This document shows, one piece after another, positions 1-8,935 of a DNA stretch of 15,631 bases (position 1 is its first letter; every line of letters starts with the position of its first letter). A program made the position numbers and the translations under genes. The notes beneath the pieces were generated by a model, which saw only the letters and a program-made list of their open reading frames with translations, made no database searches and had not been told where the DNA came from. This DNA is from an archaeon (GTDB lineage Archaea > EX4484-52 > B79-G9): NCBI GenBank assembly GCA_043813875.1, contig JBDRKP010000032.1, positions 1-15,631 on the forward strand. The letters are read 5' to 3'.

Positions 1-3000
1 AATTCGACTTCGGTAACGTTCACTGTAGATACATCTGCTCCTGTCGTTTCTCTCGCGAGCCCCGCAAACGCATACAACACATCAACCGCATCCATTAACT
101 TTACCTTCAACGTGACGGATAATATCAACGCATCAATGGCATGCTCGCTTTACATCAACGGGACATCTATCGCAACAAATGTATCGACATTGAATACAAC
201 GACCACGACTTTTTCAAATGTGGGTATATCCATATCACTAAACCAGAACTGGACTGTGTCATGCTCTGACGGCGTTAACTCATATGCTCCGGCAAACAGG
301 ACGTTTAATGTTGATAACGTCATCCCGACAGCCAATGCTCCGGCAGATGCCGGATACGTTCAGGGAACATCGCAAACAATAGGATGGATTTTGAGCGATA
401 ATTATGCATCGGGGTATTACAAAGTCTACAGGAACGGGACAACGCAAAATAATAGTGCGGCATGGGCAAACGGGTCGAACCTGAACGTCTGGATAAACAC
501 CTCAACTGTCGGCGCATGGAACTACACTATCGCATACAATGATTCTCTAGGAAACAACGGCGATCCGGATGAAGTTATAATTACGATAACGTCTTCTGAT
601 GTGACGCCGCCGGTGATAACCATTGTCTCGCCATCAAACACATCATATCCGCAAAAATGGGTGTGGTCAAACGTCACTTTGAACGAAGCAGGTTCTTGGT
701 GCGGCGTCTCGCTGAACGGAACAGCAAACCAGACTTTGACAAACTCGACAGGAAACTGGAACCTTAATTTATCCGTTCCGTCAGAAGGCTCGAACAACGC
801 AAAATTCTGGTGCAATGACACAATCGGAAATATGGGCAATTCATCAACCGTTTACTTCACTGTTGATACTATTGTGCCGGTTATCACGATAGCATCTCCC
901 CAGAACACCACCTACGCCACCAATCCCCAGCTGAACTTCTCATACGCAGAAACCAACCCCTCAACATGCAAATATTCGCTAAACGGAGCAGCAAACCAAA
1001 CCCTCGCCTCCTGCACAACCAACGGCACAACCATGACCTCAACCTACGGCTCAAACAACGTCATATTGTACATGAACGATACAGCCGGCAATTTCAACTC
1101 AACGCAAAAATACTGGACCTATGACAACAAAGGGCCGCAGTATTCCGGAAATTTAACATCACCAGCATCATCAACAACATACACCCCAGTACTATCAGTA
1201 CAATTCAACATCACAGCCACAGACCAATACTCATCAATTGACACAGTCCTGTTGGAATTCAACAACACAAACTACACAACAGCAAACATCACCTCAACCT
1301 ACACAAGAACATTATCAGGAATTGCCGCAGGCACCTATAATTACAGATGGCACATGAACGACACCCTCGGAAACAGAAACTCAACTGTAACAATGCAATA
1401 CACAATCACAAAAGCCACAACCACACTAACCCTCTTATTGAACGGAACAAACTCAGACAACACATACTACACTCCTGCATCAGTAAATGCAACATACACA
1501 AAAGACAACAGCGAAGTAACAGTAAACATGTACCGAAACGGCACACCACTCATACTTACAGGCAATACAAACATCTCCAACTACCTGTCAGCCGGAATCT
1601 GGAACTACACAATCAACACAACCGGCTCACATAACTACACATCCGCCAGTGCATCTCACCTTGTTACTATCCTTGCAACACCCGCTCCAAACATCACCAA
1701 CTGGCAGAACAACATCACAAACAGCCAATCCCTCACAGTAACAATGAACGAAACCCAGTCAATATTCTTCAACATCACAGTTGACCAACCGGTGAACTAC
1801 TCATGGTCTCTTGACAGCGCCGACCAGTCAAGAAACTCCGCCAACTACACCTACGCAAACACCCAGCCAGGCACTCATTCAATAAAAGTAAACATATCAA
1901 ATATCAACGGCACAGACGAACTGACATGGACACTGACAGTAAAGGACATCCCGAACATCAATTCGGTCACTGAGAGTGCAGACCCGGTCTCAGTCGGCTC
2001 AATCATATCAATCGAGTCAAACATAACAGACCTTGACGCAGACCTCTCCGGCAAATTCATAGTAATCGACGGCACATGGTACGAAATGCAGCCAAACGGA
2101 GTTGACAGATACCTCGCAAACTATACCCCTGCAACAGAAAAAATCTACAGCTACTACATCTGGGCAAACGACACAACCGGATTATCATCAAACACGACAA
2201 TGTACACATTTACCTCCCAGGAGGGACCGGCAATAACAGACATTACAGTAACCCCATCAAGCGGCAATGAATCAACAAATTTTGTAATACAAGCCAACAT
2301 AACCGACCTGAACAGCATAAGCAAGGCATACGCAAAATTCACCCAGCCAAGTGTATTCGAGATCGCCCTCACAAACGTCTCCGATATCTACAACACAACC
2401 TACACCAGCACAACTCCGGGAACATACATATTCTACATCTGGTCAAACGACACCCTCGGTGCAACATCATCAAGTTCAAACAGGAACTTCACAATACAGG
2501 ACACAACACCTCCGAACATCTCAGCAGTCACAATCACCCCCGCATTAAAGAATGAAACAACAATAGTCACAATAACAGCATATGTCACAGACTACAATAT
2601 ATCTCAGGTATTTGCAGACATAACAGGACCTCTGAACTCCACAAAAATCCTATCCTCGATAGGAGGCAGCCAGTACTCAAACACAACAGGCTCAATCCCC
2701 CACAAGCCCGGGTTCTACAGCATAAACATACGTGCATATGACGCATCAGGCAACAACGCAACCATCACAACAAACTACACAATAAACGACACACAAATAC
2801 CTTCACTGAACTCTCTCACAGTCATGCCGACACTCGGCAACTTAAACACCAACTTCACAATAACAGCAAACATCACAGACAACGATGCAATCAATGCAAC
2901 AATAGCAAACATCACAAAGCCTGATTCAACATCAGGCATTTTAGTTCTTTCAGGCCAGAATCCGTACAACGGCAATTTCACAGACACAAGTCTGCTTGGA

Positions 3001-5196
3001 CTATACACGCTTTACATTATTGCAAATGATACTTCAGGCAACACACTCTATTCGTTCAGCTACCCTTTGGGAACAGCAAACTTCTCTATTGCTGACCTTG
3101 AGGTCCCATCAATCAACGAACTCAATGTAACGCCGGCATCAATCAATACAACGCAGAAAGTCACAATAAGTGCAAACGTAACAGACGACAACGCAGTGAA
3201 CTTCGTCATAGCAAACATAACAAGGCCGGACTCGTATGTCATCCCGATAACGGGATTCACCAACTCCTCAAGCATATACGCAGCAAACTTCACAAACACA
3301 ACCATCCCCGGAACATACGTAGTAACTCTAACAGCAGTCGACATCGCAGGAAACACGTCAACTTCAACAAAGAACTTTACCGCAAACGATTCTATTGCCC
3401 CACAGATAACTCTCTTCAGTGTTGATGACAATACGCCTTCTGTTGGCCAGAAGATAACGTTTACATCAACTTCGTCGGACAACGACATAATAAGCAAAGT
3501 CACAGGCACAGTCAACATCACAAAGCCGGACAATAGCACGGTTTTGATCACAGTGAGTGAGACGGGCTCAGTGAACCAGGGCTCTCCGCCGACATCCGTC
3601 GCCATACAGTCCGAAGCAAACTACACGCCCGATATAGTCGGAAACTACACTGCAAAATTAATCGTGAAAGACCTTGCAAACAATACTGATGAATCAACAA
3701 TCACATTCGAGGCATCCGACACAACAGGCCCCATCCTATCATCAATCTCCATAACCGCAATAGAATCCCAAAACATCACAGTAAACATCACAACAGACGA
3801 AGAAAGCAACTACACATTCGCATACGACACAGGATCAGGCTGGAACTATTTGTCCAACTCGACTATGAGATTAAATCACACAATAACATTGCCGCAATAC
3901 AACGCCAACACCACAATCCTCTACTACATGAACCTCAGCGATCAATACGAAAACCTTGGTAGGTATCCGTCTGTCGGGGTAAATAACTTCACAGTCGACG
4001 GCACCCTCGAGTTCAACCAGTCCTCAATCGCCCTCAACCTCACAGAAAAACAGTCACGCACAATAGAAGTGAGAATAACAAACCCCTCATCAATCCCGAT
4101 AAACGTGACATTCGACAAGACAAAATCATGGACAACCATCCAATCGAATCAGTACCTTAACCCGCTCCAGTCTGCGATAATCAACATCACGCTGACACCG
4201 GACGACATATCAGTAGGCGACTGGCAGGCAAACGAGACGATCACAGCCCACGGCTCCGCTCTTGACACGTTCCTGATAACCATGAACGTCTTCCACACAA
4301 TCGGCGACGGCGAATGCGACTCAGGCGAGTCCTGCGGAACTGCCGACTGCCCCGCATGCTCAAGCAGTTCAAGCGGCGGCGGCTCATCCGGAGGCGGCGG
4401 GGGCATATCCTTGCCACCGGTAAAGCACGAATGCGAGAACAATACCGCCTGCCTGAAGACGCAGGTATGCAAAAACTACAACTGCGTCGCCATCACATGC
4501 GACTCCTGCGAATACATAAAAGACAGGAAATGCAAAAAATACGAATGCTGCTCTGATGCTGAATGCAAGACAGGCGAAATATGCAGGGAGAATAAGTGCG
4601 CAAAAGAAGAAAAACCAGTCATAATTTCAGATACCTTAAAAGAAGAAGCAGAAAAAGCGATCAGTGAAGCAAAAAGCACCATCCTGAACTATATCACAAA
4701 AGACACAAAAGAGGCAGAAAATATCCTGAAAGAAGCAGAATCCGCCTTTGCAAAAGAAAACTACGGAGAAGCAAAAGAGCTCGCACTCCAGGCGAAGCTC
4801 ATGGCAGAAAACGCCCCACTATTGCCAGAAAAGGAACCACCGAAAGAAGGCACCAACTGGCACTTAATAATAATCTTCCTGATCCTCCTCATACTCGTCT
4901 ACCTCAAACGAGACCTCATCCACAAAACAATCGCAAAATACACCTCAAAAACCACCTACAAGCTCGAAGAGCTCGAAGACTACCTCGACAAAGTCAGACC
5001 GATAATAGCAAGCCTGAACAACAAAGATTACGATGCCCGCCTCCTCGAGATAGAAGCCGAAAAAGACACAGCCAGACAGATGCTAAAAGACAACAACCCC
5101 ATTGCAGAAGATCAGATCGAAATGGCGATAGACAATCTGATTGCACTGAAAAAAGAGATCGAAGGGCAAAACACCCAAGAATCCTACCCCCGCTAA
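1..5196 (+). CDS. Giant membrane-anchored cell-surface glycoprotein (S-layer/adhesin-like), 5'-truncated. Tandem Ig-like beta-sandwich repeats, Cys-rich modules, Ser/Gly linker, helical stalk, C-terminal TM helix, about 95-aa cytoplasmic tail
   Basis: Frame 1 is open from base 1 (NSTSVTFTVDTSAPVVSLASPAN...), so the GTG at 112 is internal. Domain-boundary motifs recur every ~85-105 aa (VDTSAP, VDNVIP, SDVTPP, VDTIVP, YDNKGP, QDTTPP, NDTQIP, ADLEVP, NDSIAP, SDTTGP). Very dense N-x-S/T sequons. Cys clusters at 4303-4359 and 4432-4599, SSSSSGGGSSGGGGG linker, hydrophobic WHLIIIFLILLILVYL at ~4858-4905 followed by KR. Confidence 0.85.
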   Translation, partial: NSTSVTFTVDTSAPVVSLASPANAYNTSTASINFTFNVTDNINASMACSLYINGTSIATNVSTLNTTTTTFSNVGISISLNQNWTVSCSDGVNSYAPANRTFNVDNVIPTANAPADAGYVQGTSQTIGWILSDNYASGYYKVYRNGTTQNNSAAWANGSNLNVWINTSTVGAWNYTIAYNDSLGNNGDPDEVIITITSSDVTPPVITIVSPSNTSYPQKWVWSNVTLNEAGSWCGVSLNGTANQTLTNSTGNWNLNLSVPSEGSNNAKFWCNDTIGNMGNSSTVYFTVDTIVPVITIASPQNTTYATNPQLNFSYAETNPSTCKYSLNGAANQTLASCTTNGTTMTSTYGSNNVILYMNDTAGNFNSTQKYWTYDNKGPQYSGNLTSPASSTTYTPVLSVQFNITATDQYSSIDTVLLEFNNTNYTTANITSTYTRTLSGIAAGTYNYRWHMNDTLGNRNSTVTMQYTITKATTTLTLLLNGTNSDNTYYTPASVNATYTKDNSEVTVNMYRNGTPLILTGNTNISNYLSAGIWNYTINTTGSHNYTSASASHLVTILATPAPNITNWQNNITNSQSLTVTMNETQSIFFNITVDQPVNYSWSLDSADQSRNSANYTYANTQPGTHSIKVNISNINGTDELTWTLTVKDIPNINSVTESADPVSVGSIISIESNITDLDADLSGKFIVIDGTWYEMQPNGVDRYLANYTPATEKIYSYYIWANDTTGLSSNTTMYTFTSQEGPAITDITVTPSSGNESTNFVIQANITDLNSISKAYAKFTQPSVFEIALTNVSDIYNTTYTSTTPGTYIFYIWSNDTLGATSSSSNRNFTIQDTTPPNISAVTITPALKNETTIVTITAYVTDYNISQVFADITGPLNSTKILSSIGGSQYSNTTGSIPHKPGFYSINIRAYDASGNNATITTNYTINDTQIPSLNSLTVMPTLGNLNTNFTITANITDNDAINATIANITKPDSTSGILVLSGQNPYNGNFTDTSLLGLYTLYIIANDTSGNTLYSFSYPLGTANFSIADLEVPSINELNVTPASINTTQKVTISANVTDDNAVNFVIANITRPDSYVIPITGFTNSSSIYAANFTNTTIPGTYVVTLTAVDIAGNTSTSTKNFTANDSIAPQITLFSVDDNTPSVGQKITFTSTSSDNDIISKVTGTVNITKPDNSTVLITVSETGSVNQGSPPTSVAIQSEANYTPDIVGNYTAKLIVKDLANNTDESTITFEASDTTGPILSSISITAIESQNITVNITTDEESNYTFAYDTGSGWNYLSNSTMRLNHTITLPQYNANTTILYYMNLSDQYENLGRYPSVGVNNFTVDGTLEFNQSSIALNLTEKQSRTIEVRITNPSSIPINVTFDKTKSWTTIQSNQYLNPLQSAIINITLTPDDISVGDWQANETITAHGSALDTFLITMNVFHTIGDGECDSGESCGTADCPACSSSSSGGGSSGGGGGISLPPVKHECENNTACLKTQVCKNYNCVAITCDSCEYIKDRKCKKYECCSDAECKTGEICRENKCAKEEKPVIISDTLKEEAEKAISEAKSTILNYITKDTKEAENILKEAESAFAKENYGEAKELALQAKLMAENAPLLPEKEPPKEGTNWHLIIIFLILLILVYLKRDLIHKTIAKYTSKTTYKLEELEDYLDKVRPIIASLNNKDYDARLLEIEAEKDTARQMLKDNNPIAEDQIEMAIDNLIALKKEIEGQNTQESYPR

Positions 5197-5200
5197 AAAC

Positions 5201-5208
5201 TTTATAAA
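5201..5208 (+). promoter_or_regulatory. Putative archaeal TATA box for pyrBI
   Basis: TTTATAAA preceded by an A-rich BRE-like stretch. GGTGA SD at 5230-5234 ahead of GTG 5241. Confidence 0.65.
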
Positions 5209-5240
5209 AATAACTCCCCAATATTCACTGGTGAATCTGA

Positions 5241-6167
5241 GTGAATTTCAAAGGAAAAGACATAATAAACATTGAAGACCTATCCCGCAAAGAACTCGAC
5301 CACATACTTTCTGTTTCTGAGAAAATGATCCCTATCATAAAAAAAGGCTCAACCCTCTGCAAAGGAAAGATCCTTGCCAACCTCTTCTTCGAGCCGAGCA
5401 CAAGGACAAGGCTATCATTCTCATCCGCAATGCTTCGCCTCGGCGGGAATACAATCGGATTCGCAGACCCTAACTCCACATCCGGGAAAAAAGGCGAAGT
5501 CCTCGCAGACGCCATAAGAGTCATAGACGGCTACGCAGACATAATCGTGATGAGACACCCGATAGAAGGCTCCGCGAAAGTTGCCGCTGACTTCGCAGAC
5601 GCGCCCGTGATAAACGCCGGCGACGGCGGCCACCATCATCCCACGCAGACGATACTTGACCTATTCACGATAAAAAAAGAATTAGGAAAAATAGACGGAT
5701 TGAATGTCGGCTTCTGCGGCGACCTGAAATACGGAAGGACCGTCCACTCCCTGGCATGCGCCCTCTCAAAATACAAAGACGTAGAGATCACATGCATATC
5801 CCCAGAATCACTAAAGATGCCCCGCTACGTCATAAACCACCTTAAGATGAACGGCATACACGTCATAGAACGCGAAAACATCGAAAAATCACTGGAAGAC
5901 CTCGACGTAGTCTACGCCACGCGCATCCAGAAAGAGCGCTTCGGCTCAGAAAAAGAATACCTCGACGTCAAAGGCAGCTACTACATCGACGAAAACACCA
6001 TGAAAAAAGCAAAAGAAAATATGATACTTATGCACCCACTCCCAAGGGTAGATGAGATAAGATACAGCGTAGACAGCGACAGAAGAGCAGTCTACTTCAA
6101 ACAAGCGCACTACGGCGTCCCGACAAGGATGGCCCTCATAGCGCTTCTTTTAGGCAAAATCAAATAA
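5241..6167 (+). CDS. pyrB: Aspartate carbamoyltransferase catalytic subunit
   Basis: Signature motifs FFEPSTRTRLSF, KKGE, MRHP, INAGDG..HPTQ, GDLKYGRTVHSL, TRIQKERF, MHPLPRVDEI. 308 aa. Confidence 0.98.
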   Translation: MNFKGKDIINIEDLSRKELDHILSVSEKMIPIIKKGSTLCKGKILANLFFEPSTRTRLSFSSAMLRLGGNTIGFADPNSTSGKKGEVLADAIRVIDGYADIIVMRHPIEGSAKVAADFADAPVINAGDGGHHHPTQTILDLFTIKKELGKIDGLNVGFCGDLKYGRTVHSLACALSKYKDVEITCISPESLKMPRYVINHLKMNGIHVIERENIEKSLEDLDVVYATRIQKERFGSEKEYLDVKGSYYIDENTMKKAKENMILMHPLPRVDEIRYSVDSDRRAVYFKQAHYGVPTRMALIALLLGKIK

Positions 6168-6180
6168 GATGGTGCAAAAA

Positions 6181-6618
6181 ATGGACGAAGACAAACTTAA
6201 AGTAGGAAAGATAAAGAACGGAACAGTCATAGACCACATCCAAGCAGGAAAAGCCCTCGACGTCTACAAGATCCTGAAAGGCATCGAAAAACAGAGCCTG
6301 ATAATAGCCATCAACGTCCCAAGCACCAGGATGAGAAGAAAAGACATACTAAAGATAGAAAACAAGCAGCTCGAATCAGACGAATACAACTACGTCGCCC
6401 TGATAAGCCCGACAGCAACAGTCGTGTCGATAAAGAACTACAACGTCGTAAAAAAGCAAAAGATAACCCTCCCGGACAGGATAAAAGGCATCATAAGATG
6501 CAAGAACCCAATATGCATCTCAAACCACGAGACCTACATAACACCAGAATTCGACGTCACATCAAAAGACCCGATAATACTAAAATGCACATACTGCGAA
6601 CACGAACAGAAAATATAG
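6181..6618 (+). CDS. pyrI: Aspartate carbamoyltransferase regulatory subunit
   Basis: IKNGTVIDHI N-terminal motif, KDILKIE, Zn ligands CKNPIC...CTYC. Directly follows pyrB. Start 6181 is preferred because GGTG at 6171-6174 is a well-spaced SD (alternative ATG 6169). Confidence 0.96.
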   Translation: MDEDKLKVGKIKNGTVIDHIQAGKALDVYKILKGIEKQSLIIAINVPSTRMRRKDILKIENKQLESDEYNYVALISPTATVVSIKNYNVVKKQKITLPDRIKGIIRCKNPICISNHETYITPEFDVTSKDPIILKCTYCEHEQKI

Positions 6619-6665
6619 CCTCAACCGCTTTCTAAAAATGCAAAAAAGAGACAGGTCTAAAGACC

Positions 6666-7946
6666 ATGAAACAAAATATCGCTTTAGCCTTATACTACAA
6701 CCAGCCGAACAGGAACAGCTTCAACGCACTCATCGGAGCCATCGGGACAGACGCCCGCTTCAAAGACCTAGACATCTTCTTTCTTGACAACGAAAAAGAA
6801 CTCATTTCGAAAATAAGCGGAATCGAAAACACCCACGAAAAAACAATAATCGCAATCTCATTCCTCACAACCCAGCTATGGGAAACAAAAAAACTCATAT
6901 CAAGACTCAAAAAGAAACTCAACACCAGACCGCTATACATAGCAGGCGGCCCCCACCCGACCGGGGACCCGAAAGGGACCTTGAGCCTGGGATTCGACAT
7001 AGCGATAATAGGCGAAGGGGAAGAGACATTCATCGAACTCCTGAAAAACATAGACTCTGGAAGCGATTACACAACAATGAAAGGCATAGCATACGCCGAT
7101 AATGAAGGCACACATCACATAAACGCAAAAAGGCCGCCGATAGACCTGGACAGGTACCCGTCATTTGCAGCAAGGCACAACAGATTCGGCCCCATAGAGA
7201 TAACAAGAGGCTGCCCATTCGCCTGCTATTTCTGCGAGACGCCCCGCATATTCGGCAGCACTATAAGGCACCGGAGCATAGAAAACATCTGCACCCATGC
7301 CCGGACCATGATCGATTGCAACCGCTACGACATAAGACTCATAAGCCCGAACGCATTCTCCTACGGCTCAAAAGACGGCAGGAAACTGAACATAAAAAAG
7401 CTAAAAGATCTGCTGAAAAGAATAAAAGATACCATAAAGCCAAAAGGAAGACTCTACATCGGCTCCTTCCCGTCAGAAGTAAGACCGGAACATGTGACAG
7501 AAGAGACGATAGCGCTTGTCAAAAAATACGCAGACAACGACAACATCATAATAGGAGCAGAATCAGGCAGCCAGAAGCTTCTGGACCTGTGCCACCGTGG
7601 CCACACAGTAGAAGACATATACCGAGCAGTAGACCTCACAACAAAAGCAGGCCTGAAAGCGAACGTAGACTTCATATTCGGCCTGCCGGAAGAATCCGTT
7701 GAAGACATAAAAGACACCATAAAAGTCATGAACGACCTTATCAGCAAAGGCGCAAAAATCCACGCGCACGCATTCATCCCGCTGCCATTGACCCCGTTCG
7801 CTAAAAGAGAAGCATCAGGCATAAAAAAAGACACAGAAAAGATGCTCCACAAACTCCTGCCAAAAGGCGTCATCTACGGCAACTGGAAAGAGCAGGAAAA
7901 TATCTCAAAAAAAATCTCAATATACCTGAAGACCGGCAGATTATAG
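6666..7946 (+). CDS. B12-binding domain / radical SAM protein (resembles the MJ0865/TIGR04013-type family)
   Basis: N-terminal cobalamin-binding-like domain (ISFLTTQ...IAGGPHPTG...GFDIAIIGEGEETF). CxxxCxxC motif in EITRGCPFACYFC. GAESGS...HRGH and DFIFGLP radical SAM core motifs. The subfamily call is from recognition, not a search. Confidence 0.88.
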   Translation: MKQNIALALYYNQPNRNSFNALIGAIGTDARFKDLDIFFLDNEKELISKISGIENTHEKTIIAISFLTTQLWETKKLISRLKKKLNTRPLYIAGGPHPTGDPKGTLSLGFDIAIIGEGEETFIELLKNIDSGSDYTTMKGIAYADNEGTHHINAKRPPIDLDRYPSFAARHNRFGPIEITRGCPFACYFCETPRIFGSTIRHRSIENICTHARTMIDCNRYDIRLISPNAFSYGSKDGRKLNIKKLKDLLKRIKDTIKPKGRLYIGSFPSEVRPEHVTEETIALVKKYADNDNIIIGAESGSQKLLDLCHRGHTVEDIYRAVDLTTKAGLKANVDFIFGLPEESVEDIKDTIKVMNDLISKGAKIHAHAFIPLPLTPFAKREASGIKKDTEKMLHKLLPKGVIYGNWKEQENISKKISIYLKTGRL

Positions 7947-8101
7947 AATCAATTCATAGCATTGCCTCTATCCAAACTTTGAAGACATTGCTTTACTCAC
8001 TCATGCCCGAATCATCTTATGATAAGCATATGCCTGAAATAACTTCCACCTCACAACCCCCAACATAAAAAGCCATAGAACGAGGCACACAAACGATTTG
8101 A

Positions 8102-8109
8102 TTTATATA
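8102..8109 (+). promoter_or_regulatory. Putative TATA box for a leaderless TrmB gene
   Basis: TTTATATA ~25 nt upstream of GTG 8134. No SD present. Confidence 0.6.
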
Positions 8110-8133
8110 CTTTCATAAGACAATAAAATACTT

Positions 8134-8853
8134 GTGAACACAAGACTTCTAGACGAGATCGGCCTCACAGAAAACGAATCCAAAATATACCTCTCACTGC
8201 TAAGGCTAGGCTCCGCCACAGCAGGCGAGATCACCGAAAAAAGCGGCGTACACAGGAGAAACGTCTACGACGCGATAGACCGCCTGGCAGAAAAAGGGCT
8301 CGTAAGCGCCATAACAAAAAACAACAAAAAATACTTCCAGCCAAGCGACCCCAAAGAGCTCCTGACCATCCTGAAGAACAAGGAAAAGACCATAGAGACA
8401 ATAATCCCTGACCTGAAAAATCTATACGAAAACCCTGAAACAAGACAGGAGATACGCATATTCTACGGCGAACCAGGCCTGAAAGCGCTCATGGACATAC
8501 AGGCCGAAGACAATAAGGAGATATTCGTCCTCGCAAGCAAAAACTCAATCGCAGAAATACTAAGATTCACATTCCCGGAATACGTAAAAAAAAGAGTAGA
8601 AAAAGGCATCTGGATCAACTTCATCTTCAACTCATTCGAAGCAGGCAAAAAAGTATCAGAAGCCCCCCTCTCAAGAGTCAGGTACTTCCCGAAAGAGCAC
8701 TCAGTGCCATCGACATTCATGATATGGGGCGGCAAGTCAGCAGTCATGGTATTCACAGAAAACTCACCCATAATTGTGCTCTTCGACAACCCGGACATAG
8801 CAAAAGACTACATGGACTACTTCACACTCATCTGGCAGATAGCAATCCGCTAA
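8134..8853 (+). CDS. TrmB-family transcriptional regulator (winged HTH plus C-terminal effector-like domain)
   Basis: GLTENESKIYLSLL.LG.ATAGEI...SGVHRRNVYDAI.RL.EKGLV is the TrmB HTH signature. C-terminal EIRIFYG.PG and KRVEKGI segments are typical of archaeal TrmB-like proteins. Confidence 0.92.
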   Translation: MNTRLLDEIGLTENESKIYLSLLRLGSATAGEITEKSGVHRRNVYDAIDRLAEKGLVSAITKNNKKYFQPSDPKELLTILKNKEKTIETIIPDLKNLYENPETRQEIRIFYGEPGLKALMDIQAEDNKEIFVLASKNSIAEILRFTFPEYVKKRVEKGIWINFIFNSFEAGKKVSEAPLSRVRYFPKEHSVPSTFMIWGGKSAVMVFTENSPIIVLFDNPDIAKDYMDYFTLIWQIAIR

Positions 8854-8881
8854 AGATATCAAATCAAGATACAAACGAAGA

Positions 8882-8889
8882 TATAAATA
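8882..8889 (+). promoter_or_regulatory. Putative TATA box for the Cys-rich secreted protein gene
   Basis: TATAAATA with purine-rich CGAAGA immediately upstream. GAGGT SD at 8923-8927 before ATG 8936. Confidence 0.55.
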
Positions 8890-8935
8890 ATTCTTGACCC
8901 AAATATGAATTAAACTCTAATAGAGGTATATACTA

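Noticed and set aside
112..114. GTG at 112 as the start of the giant protein
   Set aside because: The frame is open to base 1 with the same Ig-repeat pattern, and no signal peptide follows 112.
2900..3540. Repeated aacat(c/a)acaa(a/g)gcc(t/g)ga segments as a CRISPR array or DGR template/variable pair
   Set aside because: They are in-frame, ~300 nt apart, encode NIT(K/R)PD in tandem Ig domains and differ mostly at synonymous sites. No reverse transcriptase or cas gene is in view.
4360..4404. GGC/AGC-rich low-complexity tract as a regulatory repeat
   Set aside because: It simply encodes the Ser/Gly linker.
7947..8133. Small minus-strand ORFs (19-21 aa) or a C/D box sRNA (ATGATAA...CTGA) in the intergenic gap
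   Set aside because: The ORFs are tiny with no properly spaced SD or motif. Only one degenerate C/D pair is present, without a two-guide layout.
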